This document shows positions 9,281 to 16,405 of a stretch of DNA of 32,000 nt, piece after piece. The stretch covers positions 166,971 through 198,970 of the forward strand of contig JBMNIG010000007.1 of the NCBI GenBank assembly GCA_050950785.1, given 5' to 3'. A program made the translations under genes and the position numbers. The stretch comes from Eubacteriales bacterium. Lineage in GTDB: Bacteria > Bacillota > Clostridia > Oscillospirales > JAAYOS01. The notes below the pieces were generated by a model, which was given only the letters and a program-made list of their open reading frames with translations, searched no databases and was not told where the DNA came from. Each line of letters begins with the position of its first letter. Position 1 is the stretch's first letter.

Positions 9281-10444
9281 ATGAGAGATTTTACTTTTCA
9301 CACTCCCACTGAGGTGATTTTCGGGCGTGACGCGGAGCTCAAAACCGGTCAGGCGGCGAAAAAATATGGCGCGAGTCGCGTATTAGTCGTATACGGAAAG
9401 GGAAGTGTTGTCAGGAGCGGTCTACTGGACAGAGTATGCAAGACCTTCGAAGAAGAGGGGCTTTCATATCAGCAGTTCGGCGGTGTTGAGCCAAATCCTC
9501 GTGTTGGTTTGACTCGCGAGGCGATAAAGACGGCTATCGATATGAAAGCAGACATGATTGTCGGAGTGGGTGGCGGAAGCGTCATTGATACGGCCAAAGC
9601 AATAGCCCATGGCGCGGCAAATCCCGATATTGACATATGGGATTTATGGCTTAGGAAGCAACCTCTGGAGAAGAGCTTGCCTGTCGGAGCCGTTGTCACA
9701 ATTCCGGCTGCCGGGAGCGAGATGAGTGATTCCTCGGTTCTGACCAACGAAGAGACGCAAGAAAAACGAGGCCTAAACACGCAACTGAACCGTCCTGCTT
9801 TTGCCATAATGAACCCAGCTCTCGCTACTACGCTTCCGATCTATCAGGTTGCATGTGGTGTAACTGATATCTATATGCACACTCTGGAAAGGTATTTTTC
9901 GCCAGTAACGGGCAATGACTTCACCGATGAAGTAGCAGAGGCACTAATGCGAGTCGTCATACGAAATGGAAGACGTGTTGTAAAGGATCCTAACGATTAT
10001 GATGCCATGAGTGAGATCATGTGGTGTTCAAGCGTATCCCATAATGGACTTACAGGCTTGGGCGGGGAGAAAGATTTTTCTGCCCATCAGTTAGGACAAG
10101 CGATAGGCGGTATTTACGACAAAGCCCACGCAGCAACACTTTCTGCTGTTTGGGGAAGCTGGGCATGGTATGTGCTTAAAACTAACCCTTCCCGATTTGA
10201 AAAATACGCCATGAACGTATGGGGAGTTGAAACAGCGGAAGAAGGTATAGAGAAAACCGTTGAATTTTTCAGTGAAATCGGAATGCCTATTACCTTAAGT
10301 GAGCTTGGGATTGGCATTTTATCCGATACGGAACTCGATGCGCTTGCCGTCAAATGCACATACGGCAAATCCAGAACAATTGGCAGCTTTAAGGTTTTGG
10401 ATTATGATGACATTTTGAAAATTTATGAAGCGGCCAATAAATAA
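9281..10444 (+). CDS. iron-containing alcohol dehydrogenase (butanol dehydrogenase-like)
   Basis: GVGGGSVIDTAKAIA NAD(P)-binding glycine motif and metal-binding His residues (HTLERY, VSHNGLTG...HQLG), with length 387 aa. GAGGTGA SD precedes the ATG at 9281. Confidence 0.9.
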   Translation: MRDFTFHTPTEVIFGRDAELKTGQAAKKYGASRVLVVYGKGSVVRSGLLDRVCKTFEEEGLSYQQFGGVEPNPRVGLTREAIKTAIDMKADMIVGVGGGSVIDTAKAIAHGAANPDIDIWDLWLRKQPLEKSLPVGAVVTIPAAGSEMSDSSVLTNEETQEKRGLNTQLNRPAFAIMNPALATTLPIYQVACGVTDIYMHTLERYFSPVTGNDFTDEVAEALMRVVIRNGRRVVKDPNDYDAMSEIMWCSSVSHNGLTGLGGEKDFSAHQLGQAIGGIYDKAHAATLSAVWGSWAWYVLKTNPSRFEKYAMNVWGVETAEEGIEKTVEFFSEIGMPITLSELGIGILSDTELDALAVKCTYGKSRTIGSFKVLDYDDILKIYEAANK

Positions 10445-10490
10445 TCCTCTCACGTGAAGGATTGACACGCCTATAATGCAATCCACAATT

Positions 10491-10524
10491 AATCAAGCGC
10501 CGGTTAAACCGGCGCTATTCCATG
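10491..10524. repeat. GC-rich hairpin repeat, copy 1 (likely a bidirectional terminator after the ADH gene)
   Basis: AATCAAGCGCCGGTTAAACCGGCGCTATTCCATG. The stem is AGCGCCGG (10496-10503) / CCGGCGCT (10509-10516). The same sequence recurs at 12193-12227 with a single 1-nt indel. Confidence 0.85.
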
Positions 10525-10723
10525 CTTATACCACATATTATTAAAGGCATTCGTAATTATCGTTTGAGTCTAAATTTTTTTGACTTTGAGGTTCGCTGAT
10601 TGTCACATACAGCGTTATTATGATACTGAACATTATTAACCACCATGCTTTGATTAACCCAAATGCGATAATGGCCATTAGACAGTACCCATACATGGCA
10701 AGCTAAGTCAAATGTATAAAGCG

Positions 10724-10861
10724 AAATCCATTGGATTGAAAAGATAAAACTGAACGGATTGATTTTATTAAATATATCAGACCAAGTTTATGAAATCTAT
10801 CGGATCGGGAAACATAAATCTATCGGATTCGAGTTGTAAAATCTATCGGATTGGGATACAA
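10724..10861 (+). repeat. array of six phased 23-bp direct-repeat units (core AAATCTATCGGAT)
   Basis: Units start at 10724, 10747, 10770, 10793, 10816 and 10839. The three promoter-proximal units share a perfect 13-mer AAATCTATCGGAT. The three distal units are progressively degenerate: aaatccattggat, aaactgaacggat, aaatatatcagac. Confidence 0.85.
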
Positions 10862-10881
10862 TTCAAGTGGGGGTGAACTGT

Positions 10882-12159
10882 ATGGATATGCGAAAATATC
10901 GTCCTCGTATCATAGATAAGCGTATTAATAAATATTTATCCACATTTGGTGCTATATGTATTGAAGGGCCAAAATGGTGTGGAAAGACATGGACATCGTT
11001 TTTTCACAGTAAAAGTACTATATTTCTAGGTGACCCTGCAGGGAATTTCCAAAATAGGGAGCTGGCAAGGCTATCTCCGAGTTTGGTGCTGGAGGGCGAA
11101 ACACCTCGTTTAGTTGACGAATGGCAGGAGGTCCCGCAACTTTGGGATGCCGTTCGACACAAGGTTGATCAGACAACCGATAAAGGACTTTTCATCCTGA
11201 CAGGTTCCGCAACCCCAAATCATAAGGGTATCCTTCACAGCGGAGCGGGGCGGATTGCCAGGTTGCGTATGCGTACGATGTCCCTATACGAATCAGGCGA
11301 TTCCTCCGGTAAGGTTTCTTTGCAATCGCTGTGTAATGGCAAGATGGAACCTGCGCTGACCGGAGAGGTGGATTTAAAAAGACTCATTGAGCTTATCGTA
11401 CGCGGTGGATGGCCTGGCAGTCTTGATCTGCCGATTGATGAGGCTGCGCTTTTACCATCTGAATATTTGAATGCTGTTATTGAAGATGACGTGTACCGAA
11501 TAGATGGTATCAAGCGGGATACGCAAAAAATGTGGCTGCTATTGCGATCCCTTGCACGAAATGAAAGTACGACCGCTACTAATAAAACCTTGAAAAATGA
11601 TATAAAGGCTGTCGATGATGAGGACATCAATGTTGAAACAGTCGCTTCTTATCTCGATATTTTCAAACGACTATTTCTCATAGACAACCAGCCGCCATTT
11701 TCCGCTAATATCCGCTCATCTGTTAGAATAAAGCAAGCTGAAAAGCGCCATTTCTCCGACCCGTCTCTTGCCTGCGCATTGCTTAAGGTCACTCCTGAAA
11801 GTCTACTTAACGACCTTGAAACCCTTGGGTTATTATTTGAGGCCCTGTGCGAAAGAGACTTGAGAATTTACGCGGAATCTTTTGGTGGTCAGTTATATCA
11901 TTATCAAGATTACCGTAACCGCGAAATCGATGCTATTGTTAGTCTGCCGGATGGACGCTGGTGTGCTTTTGAGATAAAACTTGGGGCAAATCAGATTGAC
12001 GAGGCTGCTTATAACCTTATAAAGATTCGGGATGAACTGGCAAAGGAGAAAAATGCTGTTTCACCGTCAGTATTGTGCGTCATTTGTGGATTGTCAAACG
12101 CCGCATATCAACGTGATGATGGCGTTTATGTCGTACCACTGACAGCGCTCAAGGATTGA
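10882..12159 (+). CDS. AAA+ ATPase (AAA_14-type) with a DUF4143 / PD-(D/E)xK-like C-terminal domain
   Basis: Walker A GPKWCGKT, Walker B-like RLVDEWQEVP, and a C-terminal REIDAIV...CAFEIK (D...ExK) typical of the DUF4143 ATPase family. GGGGGTGA SD precedes the ATG at 10882. Confidence 0.85.
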   Translation: MDMRKYRPRIIDKRINKYLSTFGAICIEGPKWCGKTWTSFFHSKSTIFLGDPAGNFQNRELARLSPSLVLEGETPRLVDEWQEVPQLWDAVRHKVDQTTDKGLFILTGSATPNHKGILHSGAGRIARLRMRTMSLYESGDSSGKVSLQSLCNGKMEPALTGEVDLKRLIELIVRGGWPGSLDLPIDEAALLPSEYLNAVIEDDVYRIDGIKRDTQKMWLLLRSLARNESTTATNKTLKNDIKAVDDEDINVETVASYLDIFKRLFLIDNQPPFSANIRSSVRIKQAEKRHFSDPSLACALLKVTPESLLNDLETLGLLFEALCERDLRIYAESFGGQLYHYQDYRNREIDAIVSLPDGRWCAFEIKLGANQIDEAAYNLIKIRDELAKEKNAVSPSVLCVICGLSNAAYQRDDGVYVVPLTALKD

Positions 12160-12192
12160 GAGTTATATACGAATAATCCACGCAGTTTAATA

Positions 12193-12227
12193 AATCAAGC
12201 GCCGGTTAAACCGGCGCTTATTCCATG
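12193..12227. repeat. GC-rich hairpin repeat, copy 2 (between the ATPase and MetRS-family gene ends)
   Basis: AATCAAGCGCCGGTTAAACCGGCGCTTATTCCATG matches copy 1 apart from a single 1-nt indel (34 of 34 bases of copy 1 match). An upstream AATCCAC is also shared (10480-10486 / 12174-12180). Confidence 0.85.
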
Positions 12228-12233
12228 TTCAAC

Positions 12234-14225
12234 TTACATTAGCTGGCTTTCGTGTTTTGCGAAAAAGTCGACTCGCGGTTCCAAAAACTTAAGGTTATGC
12301 TCGGACGGGTTTTCAATAAAATCATATATCGAGTCAAAGATCCTATCCCAACTCCAAAAATCTTCACTCAGATTCAAATAGTCCAGTATCATTTCAGTCC
12401 CCTCCGGAGCAACCGGATGCATCAAAACAGCAGCCGTTCTTACCATATGGAAGGTATCTATTATCGTCTGAGCCCTTAAGTCATTATCATCTTCTTTGTC
12501 TGCATCTCGGATCATCTTTACCCAGTACTTATTCATGCCTCGGATATAAGTGTCCATCAGACTCATCATCAGGTGAAAATCACACTTATACATCAACTTC
12601 TCATATTCCAGGATCGTACTCTTCGCCTCGGTCAATACCTCTTCGCTAATTTTCCCCACAGGAAGCTTTCCGTCGAAGTATTTCTGCACAGTGTAAAAGC
12701 AGGATCTTACAACCCTATTGAATACGTTTGTTAAGAGGTTTCCCTCTTTGAGGACAGGATCACTGTCTTTTTCGCCAGCCTTTGGATTGAATGGTTTCGG
12801 CTGAAAGCTTACACTTCTTATTCCAAGGCCAAGACCAAGAAAGTGTGCCCTCAACTGTTCCGGCGTGTAGTGTTCAAGAAGCTCCCGAGCTGTAGGGGGC
12901 TTGATTTTGCCGCTGCTACTGGCTTTCTTGTTCAAAAATAGCAGATGATTGTTAACTATCAGATGCGGTAATTGCATTTCACCTTCGGGCGGATCAGCTG
13001 TTGGTTGCTTGCCCTGCAATCCCATGAACATAGCCATTTCGGCAGGTCCGTAGAAATAGACATTGTCTTCGCCTATAAACTGGAACACCCCGGCATCCTT
13101 CGAGCACCACCAATCCTTCCAATCGTCGTCATCCTTGCCATTCATCTCAAGGAAGCATTTTGTAAAAGAAATCGGTGCCCACAGCGATTCAGGCCATACC
13201 CACACGGTTAGACCGTCAAGATCTTCGAGAACCGGAGCAGGAACTCCCCACTCTATATTACCTGTCAGTCTGAATGGGACAAGCGTTTTACCTGTTCTGA
13301 ATCTTATGGAATTATCAGCGAGGATTTGACAGGCTTTTTCCCTGTCTTCCAATGTCTCAAACACCAAAACAGCGGAGGGCTTTCTGTCTTCGACCTTGCA
13401 TTCAAACCTAGGGAGCTGACTTCTTAAGTCATCAAGGGACTCGAGTAGATCCTTCTTGATATATATCACGGGAGGCTCAAGAAATTCCTTGATGCTACTT
13501 ATTGCAAAATCTCTAATAATCCCATTCCCCTCGGCTTTATCGATCCACTTTTTCAGAAGAGAGTAGAACTCATCAAGTTTGAAGTACCAGTTAGTTGCAT
13601 CCTTCATGATAGGCTTTTTGCCCGAAAGTAGACTTTTTGGGTTAATGAGATCGGATGGCATGTATTGGTGGCCAAGGGAGCATTCATCGGCATATGCTTT
13701 CTCGGATGAGCATCCGTCGATAGGGCACTGACCTACAACCTGACGGCCGTTGAGATATACGTCGAACTCGGTATCATAGAACTGGGATGTGGTCATCTTT
13801 CGTAGATGGCCGTTTTTATACAGTTCAGTAATGATCTCCAAAGTTAGCTCCTTGTGGATTTCAGATGCCCTTTCCAGAGCCGATGCAGCAAACAAGTTGA
13901 GACTGATGCCGTACTTATCAAGCACTTCTTTTTGCAGTTCATGATTCATTTGCACAAAATCGGTTATTGTACCATCAAACTCGCCTTTTTCAACGAGTTG
14001 TCTATAGTTTTCCAATATAGGTGAGCCATAACAGTCAGTTCCTGAAACAAATATCACGTTATCCTTTCCGATCCTGTCGCGGAGAAAACGCGCATAGGTA
14101 TCCGCATGTACAAAAACGCCCCCGACATGGCCCAGATGGAGCTCCTTGTTTCCGTACGGCATTCCTGCGGTAACGATTGCGCGCTTTGGGAATCTCGGTC
14201 GCTCTACGTTATTTACATTACTCAT
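12234..14225 (-). CDS. metG: methionine--tRNA ligase family protein (class I aaRS, E. coli-type MetRS fold, divergent KMSKS)
   Basis: PYGNKELHLGHVGG (HIGH), a zinc-knuckle region CPIDGCSSEKAYADECSLGH, FIGEDNVYFY and a helical anticodon-domain pattern ...LMHPVAPEGTEMILDYLNL align block by block with E. coli MetRS as I remember it. The KMSKS position reads KASSS. GGAGG SD is present, and the gene is preceded by a T-box leader. Confidence 0.75.
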   Translation of the reverse strand: MSNVNNVERPRFPKRAIVTAGMPYGNKELHLGHVGGVFVHADTYARFLRDRIGKDNVIFVSGTDCYGSPILENYRQLVEKGEFDGTITDFVQMNHELQKEVLDKYGISLNLFAASALERASEIHKELTLEIITELYKNGHLRKMTTSQFYDTEFDVYLNGRQVVGQCPIDGCSSEKAYADECSLGHQYMPSDLINPKSLLSGKKPIMKDATNWYFKLDEFYSLLKKWIDKAEGNGIIRDFAISSIKEFLEPPVIYIKKDLLESLDDLRSQLPRFECKVEDRKPSAVLVFETLEDREKACQILADNSIRFRTGKTLVPFRLTGNIEWGVPAPVLEDLDGLTVWVWPESLWAPISFTKCFLEMNGKDDDDWKDWWCSKDAGVFQFIGEDNVYFYGPAEMAMFMGLQGKQPTADPPEGEMQLPHLIVNNHLLFLNKKASSSGKIKPPTARELLEHYTPEQLRAHFLGLGLGIRSVSFQPKPFNPKAGEKDSDPVLKEGNLLTNVFNRVVRSCFYTVQKYFDGKLPVGKISEEVLTEAKSTILEYEKLMYKCDFHLMMSLMDTYIRGMNKYWVKMIRDADKEDDNDLRAQTIIDTFHMVRTAAVLMHPVAPEGTEMILDYLNLSEDFWSWDRIFDSIYDFIENPSEHNLKFLEPRVDFFAKHESQLM

Positions 14226-14269
14226 GGTTGTCCTCCATTCTACTAGCTTACTGAGATTTCACGAAAAAG

Positions 14270-14590
14270 TATAGAAAAACTCCCACCTCCAGGATCCTTT
14301 GTCCTGGGGACGAGAGTTCTCGCGGTGCCACCCCGGTTCACCATAGCTTTACAGCATAGGCCTCGGTAAGTACATGTAATCAAAGATTCGATTACCTATA
14401 CTTTTGCACTGTAACGGGTGCGCCCGTTGCAGCCTACCCGACCAGCCGTTATCCACTAACATGGCGGATCGTATCGGTGCACTGCTCAGGAGCCTGTTCG
14501 TAAGGTTTTCAGCATCCCTTTTCACCTTCCGGGACTCTCTGTATCTGAAAATAGCCAAACTACTATTCTCCGTCATCGCTTTCCAATATT
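14270..14590 (-). promoter_or_regulatory. T-box riboswitch leader (transcription attenuation type)
   Basis: On the minus strand I see: a K-turn/S-turn start GCGAUGACGGAGAAUAGUA, an AG bulge AGAGAG, a distal loop GGUGAAA, and the canonical T-box AACCGGGGUGGCACCGCGAG with an antiterminator (GGGG / bulge UGGCACC / GCGAG-CUCGU / CCCC). A terminator stem follows (CCCCAGGA...UCCUGG(A)GG) and then UUUUU (14275-14279). Confidence 0.85.
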
Positions 14591-14597
14591 AAGTTGA

Positions 14598-14626
14598 ATT
14601 ATAGCGGTAATATCCATATTTGTAAA
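14598..14626 (-). promoter_or_regulatory. sigma-70-like promoter of the T-box leader
   Basis: On the minus strand, TTTACA (14626-14621), a 17-nt spacer and TATAAT (14603-14598), about 10 nt upstream of the Stem I start. Confidence 0.5.
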
Positions 14627-14832
14627 GTGCTTTTGTTATTGCACTTGAATAGGCAAGGTATATTTACAGTATACGCAACTTATATTAGTAATATTTGACA
14701 CCGATATTGATATTAAATATAATCGTATTATTATATCAAAATCATTTGGAATATTCATGGACAAGAAACTGTTTTGGTTTTTTGGGAAAAATCAGATCGT
14801 GGGATGAAAATAGATAAATGGGTGGATCAAAG

Positions 14833-15654
14833 ATGAAAACGCTTTATGTCTCAGACCTTGACGGCACTTTACTTAATGCAGATGCTGAATTGTCGAGCTA
14901 CACCGTTGAAACACTAAATAGGCTGATCAGTAGCGGCGCTTACTTTTCCGTGGCAACAGCACGAACTGCTGCCACAACTTTATTTATTCTCGAGGATGTG
15001 AAAGTCAATGTGCCGATTATATTGATGAATGGTGTCCTTGTATATGATATTCAGTCCCGGCAATACATCAAGAAGGAAGTGCTGAGCAGAACACTCACAG
15101 CACAGATTACCGCTGCTATAAAGAAAACGGGACAAAACGGCTTGATGTATGCTGTACAAGGCAATGAACTCCACACCTATTATGAGAGACTCGAAAAAGA
15201 GCCGCTGAAAGCTTTTGTGGATGAGCGGATACAAAAATACAATAAGCGTTTTGAACAGATAAGCGATTTTGATAATGTTGATGCGGGTATAATCTATTTC
15301 TGTTTTTTAGATGGCTATGAGAATATCCGTCGGTTATATGATGAAATCAAGAACATCGGCGGACTGAGAGTTGAGATGTACAAAGACATCTATTCTGATG
15401 ATTTTTGGTACTTGGAGATTTTCAGCGAAACCGCATCCAAGTACAATGCGATACAGTTCCTTAGGCAAAAATACGGATTTGAAAAGCTCGTGTGTTTTGG
15501 AGATAACCTAAACGACCTTCCGATGTTTGATGGTTGTGATGAATGTTATGCTGTCGCAAACGCTAAACCGGAGTTAAAAGAAAGGGCAACTGCTGTTATT
15601 GGCAGTAATACTGAAGATGGTGTGGCTCGTTTTCTTGATAAAAATGTACTATGA
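14833..15654 (+). CDS. Cof-type HAD-IIB family hydrolase (sugar-phosphate phosphatase-like)
   Basis: LYVSDLDGTLL (HAD motif I), SVATAR (motif II) and FGDNLNDLPMF (motif IV), at about 273 aa. GGGTGGA SD precedes the ATG at 14833. Confidence 0.85.
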   Translation: MKTLYVSDLDGTLLNADAELSSYTVETLNRLISSGAYFSVATARTAATTLFILEDVKVNVPIILMNGVLVYDIQSRQYIKKEVLSRTLTAQITAAIKKTGQNGLMYAVQGNELHTYYERLEKEPLKAFVDERIQKYNKRFEQISDFDNVDAGIIYFCFLDGYENIRRLYDEIKNIGGLRVEMYKDIYSDDFWYLEIFSETASKYNAIQFLRQKYGFEKLVCFGDNLNDLPMFDGCDECYAVANAKPELKERATAVIGSNTEDGVARFLDKNVL

Positions 15655-15814
15655 GCTGAGAGGTAATGTGAGCTACTCTCATCTTATAGTTACGTAGTAT
15701 TCAAGGGATCGAAACCCCTTGCAGAACCGACAAGCCAGTCGTGTTATTCGCTACAGTTTTGGAACTTGAACAGTGGACCAAGGTAGAATTATTGGAATGG
15801 AGGGCTTAATAATC

Positions 15815-16372
15815 ATGGATGTTCGCATTGATACATCTCAGATTGTTATCGAGACCGAGCGACTGATACTGCGTTCATTTATTGAGTCGGACTTATCGGA
15901 CTTCTATAACTACGCATCTGTTCCCGGTGTCGGAGAGATGGCAGGATGGCCGCACCACGAATCGATTGAAACTTCAGAGCGCATATTGAAATCCTTTATT
16001 GACGGAAAAGAGGTCTTTGCAATATATCACAAGGCAGATAAAAAGGTTATCGGCTCACTGGGGCTTCATCCGTCATGGGCAAATGAAGATGAAAGATATA
16101 AAAGTCTGAAGGTCAAGGAAATCGGGTATGTACTCGCAAAGGACTATTGGGGCCATGGACTGATGCCGGAAGCAGTCAGAACGGTGATCGATCATGGATT
16201 TGAAACACTTGGGCTCGATGCTTTTACCTGCGGCCACTTTGTCGATAATAGCCAGTCGCGGAGAGTTATAGAGAAGTGTGGATTCACTTTTGTAAAGCAG
16301 AGTGAATTTTACTCGAATCAGCTTCAGCGTAGCTTTGAAGATATGAAATACATATTGCTCCGCACATACTAA
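15815..16372 (+). CDS. GNAT family N-acetyltransferase (RimJ/RimL-like)
   Basis: ETERLILR N-terminal motif, ...IGYVLAKDYWGHGLMPEAV...FVDNSQSRRVIEKCGF, size 185 aa. GGAGGG SD precedes the ATG at 15815. Confidence 0.85.
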   Translation: MDVRIDTSQIVIETERLILRSFIESDLSDFYNYASVPGVGEMAGWPHHESIETSERILKSFIDGKEVFAIYHKADKKVIGSLGLHPSWANEDERYKSLKVKEIGYVLAKDYWGHGLMPEAVRTVIDHGFETLGLDAFTCGHFVDNSQSRRVIEKCGFTFVKQSEFYSNQLQRSFEDMKYILLRTY

Positions 16373-16405
16373 AAACGGCGGTATCCGGCTGGAGGTATGC
16401 GTATT

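Noticed and set aside
10541-10696. 51-aa hydrophobic minus-strand ORF (MYGYCLMAIIAFGLIKAWWLIMFSIIITLYV...) inside the ATPase module
   Set aside because: It looks like a two-helix membrane peptide, but there is no SD before either in-frame ATG and nothing else supports it. I left it unannotated.
10724-10861. Possible CRISPR array
   Set aside because: The unit length is only 23 bp (a 13-bp core plus 10-bp spacers). The repeats decay in one direction, and no cas genes or leader are present. It fits an iteron or operator array, not CRISPR.
14460-14462. AUG as the T-box specifier for the MetRS-family gene
   Set aside because: This AUG lies about 35 nt 3' of the closing K-turn helix of Stem I, in the loop of an ATCC/GGAT hairpin that looks like Stem II. 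It is not in the specifier internal loop. I record it because a software alignment should re-test this.
15701-15722. tRNA-like T-arm (CAAGGG-ATCGAAAC-CCCTTG)
   Set aside because: The loop has 8 nt and lacks the TTCGAAT pattern. There is no complementary acceptor stem, D-arm or anticodon arm in the flanks.
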